Positions 44,800 to 60,400 of a stretch of 64,000 nt of DNA are shown here, piece by piece. Both the position numbers and the translations under genes were made by a program. The stretch's first letter is position 1. Every line of letters starts with the position of its first letter. Location: assembly GCA_964016885.1 (NCBI GenBank), contig OZ024743.1, positions 210,118,001-210,182,000 on the forward strand. The letters run 5' to 3'. Source of the DNA: Eledone cirrhosa. Lineage: Eukaryota. The notes beneath the pieces are model-generated. The model made no database searches. It was not told the DNA's origin and saw only the letters and a program-made list of their open reading frames with translations.

Positions 44800-47700
44800 C
44801 TCTTCACTCCATAAGATATACCACAGTTTACCATCCTAAAGCCACAGATGAAAGCTCTTCACTCCATAAGATATACCACAGTTTACCATCCTATAGCCAC
44901 AGATGAAAGCTGTTTACTCCATAAGATATACCACAGTTTACCATCCTATAGCCAGATGAAAGCTCTTCACTCCATAAGATATACCACAGTTTACCATCCT
45001 ATAGCCACAGATGAAAGCTGTTCACTCCATAAGATATACCACAGTTTACCATCCTATAGCCAGATGAAAGCTCTTCACTCTATAAGATATACCACAGTTT
45101 ACCATCCTAAAGCCACAGATGAAAGCTTTTCACTCCATAAGATATACCACAGTTTACCATCCTATAGCCACAGATGAAAGCTCTTCACTCCATAAGATAT
45201 ACCACAGTTTACCATCCTATAGCCACAGATGAAAGCTCTTCACTCCATAAGATATACCACAGTTTACCATCCTATAGCCACAGATGAAAGCTCTTCACTC
45301 CATAAGATATACCACAGTTTACCATCCTATAGCCACAGATGAAAGCTCTTCACCCCATAAGATATACCACAGTTTACCATCCTATAGCCACACATGAAAG
45401 CTCTTCACTCCATAAGATATACCACAGTTTACCATCCGATAGCCACAGATGAAAGCTCTTCACCCCATAAGATATACCACAGTTTACCATCCTATAGCCA
45501 CACATGAAAGCTCTTCACTCCATAAGATATACCACAGTTTACCATCCTATAGCCACACATGAAAGCTCTTCACTCCATGAGATATACCACAGTTTACCAT
45601 CCTATAGCCACACAGAAAGCTCTTCACTCCATAAGATATACCACAGTTTACCATCCTATAGCCACACATGAAAGCTCTTCACCCCATAAGATATACCACA
45701 GATTACCATCCTATAGCCACAGATGAAAGCTCTTCACCCCATAAGATATACCACAGTTTACCATCCTATAGCCACACATGAAATCTCTTCACTCCATAAG
45801 ATATACCACAGTTTACCATCCTATAGCCACACATGAAAGCTCTTCACTCCATAAGATATACCTCAGTTTACCATCCTATAGCCACAGATGAAAGCTCTTC
45901 ACTCCATAAGATATACCACAGTTTACTATCCTATAGCCACACATGAGAGCTCTTCACTCCATAAGATATACCACAGTTTACCATCCTATGGCCACACATG
46001 AAAGCTTTTCACCCCATAAGATATACCACAGTTTACCATCCTATAACCAGATGAAAGCCCTTCACTCCGTAAAATATACCACAGTTTACCATCCTATAGC
46101 CACACATGAAATCTCTTCACTCCATAAGATATACCACAGTTTACCATCCTATAGCCAGAGATGAAAGCTGTTCACTCCATAAGATATACGACAGTTTACC
46201 ATCCTATAGCCACAGATGAAAGCTCTTCACTCCATAAGATATACGACAGTTTACCATCCTATAGCCAGATGAAAGCTCTTCACTCCATAAGATATACCAC
46301 AGTTTACCATCCTATAGCCACAGATGAAAGCTCTTCACTCCATAAGATATACCACAGTTTACCATCCTATAGCCACACATGAAAGCTCTTCACTCCATAA
46401 GATATACCACAGTTTACCATCCTATAGTCAAGCCACGGATGAAAGCTCTTCACTCCATAAGATATACCACAGTTTACCATCCTATAGTCACACATGAAAG
46501 CTCTTCACTCCATAAGATATACCACAGTTTACCATCCTATAGCCACAGATGAAAGCTCTTCACTCCATAAGATATACCACAGTTTACCATCCTATAGCCA
46601 CAGATGAAAGCTGTTTACTCCATAAGATATACCACAGTTTACCATCCTATAGCCAGATGAAAGCTCTTCACTCCATAAGATATACCACAATTTACCATCC
46701 TATAGCCACAGATGAAAGCTGTTCACTCCATAAGATATACCACAATTTACCATCCTATAGCCAGATGAAAGCTCTTCACTCCATAAGATATACCACAGTT
46801 TACCATCCTAAAGCCACAGATGAAAGCTCTTCACTCCATAAGATATACCACAGTTTACCATCCTATAGCCACAGATGAAAGCTCTTCACTCCATAAGATA
46901 TACCACAGTTTACCATCCTATAGCCAGAGATGAAAGCTCTTCACTCCATAAGATATACCACAGTTTACCATCCTATGGCCACAGATGAAAGCTCTTCACC
47001 CCATAAGATATACCACAGTTTACCATCCTATAGCCACAGATGAAAGCTCTTCACCCCATAAGATATACCACAGTTTACCATCCTATAGCCACACATGAAA
47101 GCTCTTCACCCCATAAGATATAACACAGTTTACCATCGTATTGCCACACATTAAAGCTCTTCACTCCATAAGATATACCACAGTTTACCATCCTATAGCC
47201 ACACATGAAAGCTCTTCACTCCATAAGATATACCACAGTTTACCATCCTATAGCCAGATGAAAGCTCTTCACTCCATAAGATATACGACAGTTTACCATC
47301 CTATAGCCACACATGAAATCTCTTCACTCCATAAGATATACCACAGTTTACCATCCTATAGCCACACATGAAAGCTCTTCACTCCATAAGATATACCTCA
47401 GTTTACCATCCTATAGCCACAGATGAAAGCTCTTCACTCCATAAGATATACCACAGTTTACTATCCTATAGCCACACATGAGAGCTCTTCACTCCATAAG
47501 ATTAACCACAGTTTACCATCCTATGGCCACACATGAAAGCTCTTCACCCCATAAGATATACCACAGTTTACCATCCTATAGCCAGCTGAAAGCTCTTCAC
47601 TCCATAAAATATACCACAGTTTACCATCCTATAGCCACAGATGAAAGCTCTTCACTCCATAAGATATACCACAGTTTACCATCCTATAGCCAGAGATGAA

Positions 47701-50700
47701 AGCTGTTCACTCCATAAGATATACGACAGTTTACCATCCTATAGCCACAGATGAAACTGTTCACTCCATAAGATATACGACAGTTTACCATCCTATAGCC
47801 AGATGAAAGCTCTTCACTCCATAAGATATACCACAGACTACCACCCTATAGCCACAGATGAAAGCTCTTCACTCCATGAGATATACCACAGTTTACCATC
47901 CTATAGCCACGCCACGGATGAAAGCTCTTCACTCCATAAGATATACCACAGTTTACAATCCTATAGCCACAGATGAAAGCTCTTCACTCCATAAGATATA
48001 CCACAGTTTACCATCCTATGGCCACAGATGAAAGCTCTTCACTCCATAAGATATACCACAGTTTACCATCCTAAAGCCACAGATGAAAGCTCTTCACTCC
48101 ATAAGATATACCACAGTTTACCATCCTATAGCCACAGATGAAAGCTGTTTACTCCATAAGATATACCACAGTTTACCATCCTATAGCCAGATGAAAGCTC
48201 TTCACTCCATAAGATATACCACAGTTTACCATCCTATAGCCACAGATGAAAGCTGTTCACTCCATAAGATATACCACAGTTTACCATCCTATAGCCAGAT
48301 GAAAGCTCTTCACTCCATAAGATATACCACAGTTTACCATCCTAAAGCCACAGATGAAAGCTTTTCACTCCATAAGATATACCACAGTTTACCATCCTAT
48401 AGCCACAGATGAAAGCTCTTTACTCCATAAGATATACCACAGTTTACCATCCTATAGCCACAGATGAAAGCTCTTCACTCCATAAGATATACCACAGTTT
48501 ACCATCCTATAGCCACAGATGAAAGCTCTTCACTCCATAAGATATACCACAGTTTACCATCCTATAGCCACAGATGAAAGCTCTTCACCCCATAATATAT
48601 ACCACAGTTTACCATCCTATAGCCACACATGAAAGCTCTTCACTCCATAAGATATACCACAGTTTACCATCCGATAGCCACAGATGAAAGCTCTTCACCC
48701 CATAAGATATACCACAGTTTACCATCCTATAGCCACACATGAAAGCTCTTCGCTCCATAAGATATACCACAGTTTACCATCCTATAGCCACACATGAAAG
48801 CTCTTCACTCCATGAGATATACCACAGTTTACCATCCTATAGCCACACATGAAAGCTCTTCACTCCATAAGATATACCACAGTTTACCATCCAATAGCCA
48901 CACATGAAAGCTCTTCACCCCATAAGATATACCACAGTTTACCATCCTATAGCCACAGATGAAAGCTCTTCACCCCATAAGATATACCACAGTTTACCAT
49001 CCTATAGCCACAGATGAAAGCTCTTCACCCCATAAGATATACCACAGTTTACCATCCTATAGCCACACATGAAATCTCTTCACTCCATAAGATATACCAC
49101 AGTTTACCATCCTATAGCCACACATGAAAGCTCTTCACTCCATAAGATATACCTCAGTTTACCTCCTATAGCCACAGATGAAAGCTCTTCACTCCATAAG
49201 ATATAACACAGTTTACCATCCTATAGCCACACATGAAATCTCTTCACTCCATAAGATATACCACAGTTTACCATCCTATAGCCAGAGATGAAAGCTGTTC
49301 ACTCCATAAGATATACGACAGTTTACCATCCTATAGCCACAGATGAAAGCTCTTCACTCCATAAGATATACGACAGTTTACCATCCTATAGCCAGATGAA
49401 AGCTCTTCACTCCATAAGATATACCACAGTTTACCATCCTATAACCAGATGAAAGCTCTTCACTCCGTAAAATATACCACAGTTTACCATCCTATAGCCA
49501 CACATGAAATCTCTTCACTCCATAAGATATACCACAGTTTACCATCCTATAGCCAGAGATGAAAGCTGTTCACTCCATAAGATATACGACAGTTTACCAT
49601 CCTATAGCCACAGATGAAAGCTCTTCACTCCATAAGATATACGACAGTTTACCATCCTATAGCCAGATGAAAGCTCTTCACTCCATAAGATATACCACAG
49701 TTTACCATCCTATAGCCACAGATGAAAGCTCTTCACTCCATAAGATATACCACAGTTTACCATCCTATAGCCACACATGAAAGCTCTTCACTCCATAAGA
49801 TATACCACAGTTTACCATCCTATAGTCAAGCCACGGATGAAAGCTCTTCACTCCATAAGATATACCACAGTTTACCATCCTATAGTCACACATGAAAGCT
49901 CTTCACTCCATAAGATATAACACAGTTTACCATCCTATAGCCAGATGAAAGCTCTTCACTCCATAAGATATACCACAGTTTACCATCCTATAGCCACAGA
50001 TGAAAGCTCTTCACTCCATAAGATATACCACAGTTTACCATCCTATAGCCACAGATGAAAGCTGTTTACTCCATAAGATATACCACAGTTTACCATCCTA
50101 TAGCCAGATGAAAGCTCTTCACTCCATAAGATATACCACAATTTACCATCCTATAGCCACAGATGAAAGCTGTTCACTCCATAAGATATACCACAATTTA
50201 CCATCCTATAGCCAGATGAAAGCTCTTCACTCCATAAGATATACCACAGTTTACCATCCTAAAGCCACAGATGAAAGCTCTTCACTCCATAAGATATACC
50301 ACAGTTTACCATCCTATAGCCACAGATGAAAGCTCTTCACTCCATAAGATATACCACAGTTTACCATCCTATAGCCAGAGATGAAAGCTCTTCACTCCAT
50401 AAGATATACCACAGTTTACCATCCTATGGCCACAGATGAAAGCTCTTCACCCCATAAGATATACCACAGTTTACCATCCTATAGCCACAGATGAAAGCTC
50501 TTCACCCCATAAGATATACCACAGTTTACCATCCTATAGCCACACATGAAAGCTCTTCACCCCATAAGATATAACACAGTTTACCATCGTATTGCCACAC
50601 ATTAAAGCTCTTCACTCCATAAGATATACCACAGTTTACCATCCTATAGCCACACATGAAAGCTCTTCACTCCATAAGATATACCACAGTTTACCATCCT

Positions 50701-53430
50701 ATAGCCAGATGAAAGCTCTTCACTCCATAAGATATACGACAGTTTACCATCCTATAGCCACACATGAAATCTCTTCACTCCATAAGATATACCACAGTTT
50801 ACCATCCTATAGCCACACATGAAAGCTCTTCACTCCATAAGATATACCTCAGTTTACCATCCTATAGCCACAGATGAAAGCTCTTCACTCCATAAGATAT
50901 ACCACAGTTTACTATCCTATAGCCACACATGAGAGCTCTTCACTCCATAAGATTAACCACAGTTTACCATCCTATGGCCACACATGAAAGCTCTTCACCC
51001 CATAAGATATACCACAGTTTACCATCCTATAGCCAGCTGAAAGCTCTTCACTCCATAAAATATACCACAGTTTACCATCCTATAGCCACAGATGAAAGCT
51101 CTTCACTCCATAAGATATACCACAGTTTACCATCCTATAGCCAGAGATGAAAGCTGTTCACTCCATAAGATATACGACAGTTTACCATCCTATAGCCACA
51201 GATGAAACTGTTCACTCCATAAGATATACGACAGTTTACCATCCTATAGCCAGATGAAAGCTCTTCACTCCATAAGATATACCACAGACTACCACCCTAT
51301 AGCCACAGATGAAAGCTCTTCACTCCATGAGATATACCACAGTTTACCATCCTATAGCCACGCCACGGATGAAAGCTCTTCACTCCATAAGATATACCAC
51401 AGTTTACAATCCTATAGCCACAGATGAAAGCTCTTCACTCCATAAGATATACCACAGTTTACCATCCTATGGCCACAGATGAAAGCTCTTCACTCCATAA
51501 GATATACCACAGTTTACCATCCTAAAGCCACAGATGAAAGCTCTTCACTCCATAAGATATACCACAGTTTACCATCCTATAGCCACAGATGAAAGCTGTT
51601 TACTCCATAAGATATACCACAGTTTACCATCCTATAGCCAGATGAAAGCTCTTCACTCCATAAGATATACCACAGTTTACCATCCTATAGCCACAGATGA
51701 AAGCTGTTCACTCCATAAGATATACCACAGTTTACCATCCTATAGCCAGATGAAAGCTCTTCACTCCATAAGATATACCACAGTTTACCATCCTAAAGCC
51801 ACAGATGAAAGCTTTTCACTCCATAAGATATACCACAGTTTACCATCCTATAGCCACAGATGAAAGCTCTTCACTCCATAAGATATACCACAGTTTACCA
51901 TCCTATAGCCACAGATGAAAGCTCTTCACTCCATAAGATATACCACAGTTTACCATCCTATAGCCACAGATGAAAGCTCTTCACTCCATAAGATATACCA
52001 CAGTTTACCATCCTATAGCCACAGATGAAAGCTCTTCACCCCATAATATATACCACAGTTTACCATCCTATAGCCACACATGAAAGCTCTTCACTCCATA
52101 AGATATACCACAGTTTACCATCCGATAGCCACAGATGAAAGCTCTTCACCCCATAAGATATACCACAGTTTACCATCCTATAGCCACACATGAAAGCTCT
52201 TCGCTCCATAAGATATACCACAGTTTACCATCCTATAGCCACACATGAAAGCTCTTCACTCCATGAGATATACCACAGTTTACCATCCTATAGCCACACA
52301 TGAAAGCTCTTCACTCCATAAGATATACCACAGTTTACCATCCAATAGCCACACATGAAAGCTCTTCACCCCATAAGATATACCACAGTTTACCATCCTA
52401 TAGCCACACATGAAAGCTCTTCACTCCATAAGATATACCTCAGTTTACCTCCTATAGCCACAGATGAAAGCTCTTCACTCCATAAGATATAACACAGTTT
52501 ACCATCCTATAGCCACACATGAAATCTCTTCACTCCATAAGATATACCACAGTTTACCATCCTATAGCCAGAGATGAAAGCTGTTCACTCCATAAGATAT
52601 ACGACAGTTTACCATCCTATAGCCACAGATGAAAGCTCTTCACTCCATAAGATATACGACAGTTTACCATCCTATAGCCAGATGAAAGCTCTTCACTCCA
52701 TAAGATATACCACAGATTACCATCCTATAGCCACAGATGAAAGCTCTTCACTCCATAAGATATACCACAGTTTACCATCCTATAGCCACACATGAAAGCT
52801 CTTCACTCCATAAGATATACCACAGTTTACCATCCTATAGTCAAGCCACGGATGAAAGCTCTTCACTCCATAAGATATACCACAGTTTACCATCCTATAG
52901 TCACACATGAAAGCTCTTCACTCCATAAGATATAACACAGTTTACCATCCTATAGCCAGATGAAAGCTCTTCACTCCATAAGATATACCACAGTTTACCA
53001 TCCTATAGCCACAGATGAAAGCTCTTCACTCCATAAGATATACCACAGTTTACCATCCTATAGCCACAGATGAAAGCTGTTTACTCCATAAGATATACCA
53101 CAGTTTACCATCCTATAGCCAGATGAAAGCTCTTCACTCCATAAGATATACCACAATTTACCATCCTATAGCCACAGATGAAAGCTGTTCACTCCATAAG
53201 ATATACCACAATTTACCATCCTATAGCCAGATGAAAGCTCTTCACTCCATAAGATATACCACAGTTTACCATCCTAAAGCCACAGATGAAAGCTCTTCAC
53301 TCCATAAGATATACCACAGTTTACCATCCTATAGCCACAGATGAAAGCTCTTCACTCCATAAGATATACCACAGTTTACCATCCTATAGCCAGAGATGAA
53401 AGCTCTTCACTCCATAAGATATACCACAGT
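44800..53430. repeat. Higher-order repeat of about 3.0-3.45 kb, two full copies plus a partial third
   Basis: Offsets are 3235 (44848/48083), 3451 (46549/50000, 47141/50592, 47478/50929, 48083/51534) and 3015 (49559/52574, 50000/53015). Private markers: CCATCGTATTGCCACACATTAAAG, GATGAAACTG and CACAGACTACC. Confidence 0.9.
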
Positions 53431-54429
53431 TTACCATCCTATAGCCACACATGAAAGCTCTTCACTCCGTAAGATATACCACAGTTTACCATCCTATAGC
53501 CACACATGAAAGCTCTTCACGCCATAAGATATACCACAGTTTACCATCCTATAGCCACACATGAAAGCTCTTCACTCCATAAGATATACCACAGTTTACC
53601 ATCCTATAGCCAGATGAAAGCTCTTCACCCCATAAGATATACGACAGTTTACCATCCTATAGCCACACATGAAATCTCTTCACTCCATAAGATATACCAC
53701 AGTTTACCATCCTATAGCCACAGATGAAAGCTCTTCACCCCATAAGATATACCACAGTTTACCATCCTATAGCCACACATGAAAGCTCTTCACTCCATAA
53801 GATATACCACAGTTTACCATCCTATAGCCACACATGAAAGCTCTTCACTCCATAAGATATACCACAGTTTACCATCCTATAGCCACACATGAAAGCTCTT
53901 CACTCCATAAGATATACCACAGTTTACCATCCTATAGCCACAGATGAAAGCTCTTCACCCCATAAGATATACCACAGTTTACCATCCTATAGCCACAGAT
54001 GAAAGCTCTTCACCCCATAAGATATACCACAGTTTACCATCCTATAGCCACACATGAAAGCTCTTCACTCCATAAGATATACCACATTTTACCATCCTAT
54101 AGCCACACATGAAAGCTGTTCACTCCATAAGATATACCACAGTTTACCATCCTATAGCCCCAGATGAAAGCTCTTCACCCCATAAGATATACCACAGTTT
54201 ACCATCCTATAGCCAGATGAAAGCTCTTCACTCCATAAGATATACCACAGTTTACCATCCTATAGCCACAGATGAAAGCTGTTCACTCCATAAGATATAC
54301 CACAGTTTACCATCCTATAGCCAGATGAAAGCTCTTCACTCCATAAAATATACCACAGTTTACCATCCTAAAGCTACAGATGAAAGCTCTTCACTCCATA
54401 AGATATACCACATTTTACCATCCTATAGC

Positions 54430-57400
54430 CACACATGAAAGCTCTTCACTCCATAAGATATACCACAGTTTACCATCCTATAGCCACACATGAAAGCTCT
54501 TCACGCCATAAGATATACCACAGTTTACCATCCTATAGCCACACATGAAAGCTCTTCACTCCATAAGATATACCACAGTTTACCATCCTATAGTCACACA
54601 TGAAAACTCTTCACTCCATAAGATATACCACAGTTTACCATCCTATAGCCAGATGAAAGCTCTTCACTCCATAAGATATACCACAGTTTACCATCCTATA
54701 GCCACAGATGAAAGCTCTTCACTCCATAAGATATACCACAGTTTCCCATCCTATAGCCACAGATGAAAGCTCTTCACTCCATAAGATATACCACAGTTTA
54801 CCATCCTATAGCCACAGATGAAAGCTGTTCACTCCATAAGATATACCACAGTTTACCATCCTATAGCCACACATGAAAGCTCTTCACTCCATAACATATA
54901 CCACAGTTTACCATCCTATAGCCACACATGAAAGCTCTTCACTCCATAAGATATACCACAATTTACCATCCTATAGCCAGATGAAAGCTCTTCACTCCAT
55001 AAGATATACCACAGTTAACCATCCTATAGCCACAGATGAAAGCTCTTCACTCCAAAAGATATACCACAGTTTACCATCCTATAGCCACAGATGAAAGCTG
55101 TTCACTCCATAAGATATACCACAGTTTACCATCCTATAGCCACACATGAAATCTATTCACTCCATAAGATATACCACAGTTTACCATCCTATAGCCACAG
55201 ATGAAAGCTGTTCACTCCATAATATATACAACAGTTTACCATCCTATAGCCACAGATGAAAGCTGTTCACTCCATAAGATATACGACAGTTTACCATCCT
55301 ATAGCCAGATGAAAGCTCTTCACTCCATAAGATATACCACAGTTTACGATCCTATAGCCACAGATGAAAGCTGTTCACTCCATAAGATATACCACAGTTT
55401 ACCATCCTATAGCCAGATGAAAGCTCTTCACTCCATAAGATATACCACAGTTTACCATCCTAAAGCCACAGATGAAAGCTCTTCACTCCATAAGATATAC
55501 CACAGTTTACCATCCTATAGCCACAGATGAAAGCTGTTTACTCCATAAGATATACCACAGTTTACCATCCTATAGCCAGATGAAAGCTCATCACTCCATA
55601 AGATATACCACAGTTTACCATCCTATAGCCACAGATGAAAGCTGTTCACTCCATAAGATATACCACAGTTTACCATCCTATAGCCAGATGAAAGCTCTTC
55701 ACTCCATAAGATATACCACAGTTTACCATCCTATAGCCACAGATGAAAGCTCTTCACTCCATAAGATATACCACAGTTTACCATCCTATAGCCACAGATG
55801 AAAGCTCTTCACTCCATGAGATATACCACAGTTTACCATCCTATAGCCACACATGAAAGCTCTTCACTCCATAAGATATACCACAGTTTACCATCCTATA
55901 GCCACAGATGAAAGCTCATCACTCCATAAGATATATCACAGTTTACCATCCTATGGCCACACATGAAAGCTCTTCACCCCATAAGATATACCTCAGTTTA
56001 CCATCCTATAGCCATAGATGAAAGCTCTTCACTCCATAAGATATACCACAGTTTACCATCCTATAGCCACACATGAGAGCTCTTCACTCCATAAGATATA
56101 CCACAGTTTACCATCCTATAGCCACAGATGAAAGCTCATCACTCCATAAGATATACCACAGTTTACCATCCTATGGCCACAAATGAAAGCTCTTCACCCC
56201 ATAAGATATACCTCAGTTTACCATCCTATAGCCACAGATGAAAGCTCTTCACTCCATAAGATATACCACAGTTTACCATCCTATAGCCACACATGAAAGC
56301 TCTTCACTCCATAAGATATACCACAGTTTACTATCCTATAGCCACACATGAAAGCTCTTCACTCCCTAAGATATACCACAGTTTACCATCCTATAGCCAC
56401 ACATGAAAGCTCTTCACTCCATAAGATATACCACAGTTTACCATCCTATAGCCAGATGAAAGCTCTTCACTCCATAAGATATACGACAGATTACCATCCT
56501 ATAGCCACACATGAAAGCTCTTCAATCCATAAGATATACCCCAGTTTACCATCCTATTGCCAGATGAAAGCTCTTCACTCCATAAGATATACCAGTTTAC
56601 CACCCTATAGCCACAGATGAAAGCTCTTCACTCCATAAGATATACCACAGTTTACCATCCTATAGCCACGCCACGGATGAAAGCTCTTCACTCCATAAGA
56701 TATACCACAGTTTACAATCCTATAGCCACAGATGAAAGCTCTTCACTCCATAAGATATACCACAGTTTACCATCCTATGGCCACAGATGAAAGCTCTTCA
56801 CTCCATAAGATATACCACAGTTTACCATCCTATAACCACGGATGAAAGCTCTTCACTCCATAAGATATACCACAGTTTACCATCCTATAGCCACACATGA
56901 AAGCTCTTCACTCCATAAGATATACCACAGTTTACCATCCTATAGTCAAGCCACGGATGAAAGCTGTTCACTCCATAAGATATACCACAGTTTACCATCC
57001 TATAGTCACACATGAAAGCTTTTCACTCCATAAAATATAACACAGTTTACCATCCTATAGCCAGATGAAAGCTCTTCACTCCATAAGATATACCACAGTT
57101 TACCATCCTATAGCCACAGATGAAAGCTCTTCACTCCATAAGATATACCACAGTTTACCATCCTATAGCCACAGATGAAAGCTCTTCACTCCATAAGATA
57201 TACCACAGTTTACCATCCTATAGCCACACATGAAAGCTCTTCACTCCATAAGATATACCACAGTTTACCATCCTATAGCCACAGATGAAAGCTCATCACT
57301 CCATAAGATATACCACAGTTTACCATCCTATGGCCACACATGAAAGCTCTTCACCCCATAAGATATACCTCAGTTTACCATCCTATAGCCACAGATGAAA

Positions 57401-60400
57401 GCTCTTCACTCCATAAGATATACCACAGTTTACCATCCTATAGCCAGAGATGAAAGCTCTTCACTCCATAAGATATACCACAGTTTACCATCCTATGGCC
57501 ACACATGAAAGCTCTTCACCCGATAAGATATACCACAGTTTACCATCCTATAGCCACACATGAAAGCTCTTCACCCCATAAGATATACCACAGTTTACCA
57601 TCCTATAGCCACACATGAAAGCTCTTCACTCCATAAGATATACCACAGTTTACCATCCTATAGCCACAGATGAAAGCTCTTCACCCCATAAGATATACCT
57701 CAGTTTATCATCCTATAGCCACACATGAAAGCTCTTCACCCCATAAGATATACCACAGTTTACCATCCTATTGCCACACATGAAAGTTCTTCACTCGAAA
57801 AGATATACCACAGTTTTCCATCCTATAGCCACACATGAAAGCTCTTCACTCCATAAGATATACCACAGTTTACCATCCTATAGCCATATGAAAGCTCTTC
57901 ACTCCATAAGATATACCACAGTTTACCACCCTATAGCCACAGATGAAAGCTCTTCACTCCATGAGATATACCACAGTTTACCATCCTATAGCCACGCCAC
58001 GGATGAAAGCTCTTCACTCCATAAGATATACCACAGTTTACAATCCTATAGCCACAGATGAAAGCTCTTCACTCCATAAGATATACCACAGTTTACCATC
58101 CTATGGCCACAGATGAAAGCTCTTCACTCCATAAGATATACCACAGTTTACCATCCTATAGCCACAGATGAAAGCCCTTCACTCCATAAGATATACCACA
58201 GTTTACCATCCTATAGCCACAGATGAAAGCTGTTCACTCCATAAGATATACCACAGTTTACCATCTTATAGCCACACATGAAAGCTCTTCACTCCATAAG
58301 ATATACCACAGTTTACCATCCTATAGCCACACATGAAAGCTCTTCACTCCATAAGATATACCACAGTTTACCATCCTATAGTCAAGCCACGGATGAAAGC
58401 TCTTCACTCCATAAGATATACCACAGTTTACCATCCTATAGTCACACATGAAAGCTCTTCACTCCATAAGATATAACACAGTTTACCATCCTATAGCCAC
58501 AGATGAAAGCTCTTCACGACATAAGATATACCACAGTTTACCATCATATAGCCACAGATGAAAGCTCTTCACTCCATAAGATATACCACAGTTTACCATC
58601 CTATAGCCACAGATGAAAGCTCTTCACTCCATAAGATATACCACAGTTTACCATCCTATAGCCACATATGAAAGCTGTTCACTCCATAAGATATACCACA
58701 GTTTACCATCCTATAGCCACACATGAAAGCTCTTCACTCCATAAGATATACCACAGTTTACCATCCTATAGCCACACATGAAAGCTCTTCACTCCATAAG
58801 ATATACCACAGTTTACCATCCTATAGCCACAGATGAAAGCTCTTCACCCCATAAGATATACCACAGTTTACCATCCTATAGCCACACATGAAAGCTCTTC
58901 ACCCCATAAGATATACCACAGTTTACCATCCTATAGCCACAGATGAAAGCTCTTCACCCCATAAGATATACCTCAGTTTACCATCCTATAGCCACAGATG
59001 AAAGCTCTTCACTCCATAAGATATACCACAGTTTACCATCCTATAGCCAGAGATGAAAGCTCTTCACTCCATAAGATATACCACAGTTTACCATCCTATG
59101 GCCACACATGAAAGCTCTTCACCCCATAAGATATACCACAGTTTACCATCCTATAGCCACACATGAAAGCTCTTCACCCCATAAGATATACCACAGTTTA
59201 CCATCCTATAGCCACACATGAAAGCTCTTCACTCCATAAGATATACCACAGTTTACCATCCTATAGCCACACATGAAAGCTCTTCACTCCATAAGATATA
59301 CCACAGTTTACCATCCTATAGCCACAGATGAAAGCTCTTCACCCCATAAGATATACCACAGTTTATCATCCTATAGCCACACATGAAAGCTCTTCACCCC
59401 ATAAGATATACCACAGTTTACCATCCTATTGCCACACATGAAAGTTCTTCACTCGAAAAGATATACCACAGTTTACCATCCTATAGCCACACATGAAAGC
59501 TCTTCACTCCATAAGATATACCACAGTTTACCATCCTATAGCCAGATGAAAGCTCTTCACTCCATAAGATATACGACAATTTACCATCCTATAGCTACAC
59601 ATGAAAGCTCTTCAATCCATAAGATATACCCCAGTTTACCATCCTATAGCCAGATGAAAGCTCTTCACTCCATAAGATATACCACAGTTTACCACCCTAT
59701 AGCCACACATGAAAGCTCTTCACTCCATAAGATATACCACAGTTTACCATCCTATAGCCACACATGAAAGCTCTTCACGCCATAAGATATACCACAGTTT
59801 ACCATCCTATAGCCACACATGAAAGCTCTTCACTCCATAAGATATACCACAGTTTACCATCCTATAGTCACACATGAAAGCTCTTCACTCCATAAGATAT
59901 ACCACAGTTTACCATCCTATAGCCAGATGAAAGCTCTTCACTCCATAAGATATACCACAGTTTACCATCCTATAGCCACAGATGAAAGCTCTTCACTCCA
60001 TAAGATATACCACAGTTTCCCATCCTATAGCCACAGATGAAAGCTCTTCACTCCATAAGATATACCACAGTTTACATTCCTATAGCCACAGATGAAAGCT
60101 GTTCACTCCATAAGATATACCACAGTTTACCATCCTATAGCCACACATGAAAGCTCTTCACTCCATAACATATACCACAGTTTACCATCCTATAGCCACA
60201 CATGAAAGCTGTTCACTCCATAAGATATACCACAATTTACCATCCTATAGCCAGATGAAAGCTCTTCACTCCATAAGATATACCACAGTTAACCATCCTA
60301 TAGCCACAGATGAAAGCTCTTCACTCCAAAAGATATACCACAGTTTACCATCCTATAGCCACAGATGAAAGCTGTTCACTCCATAAGATATACCACAGTT

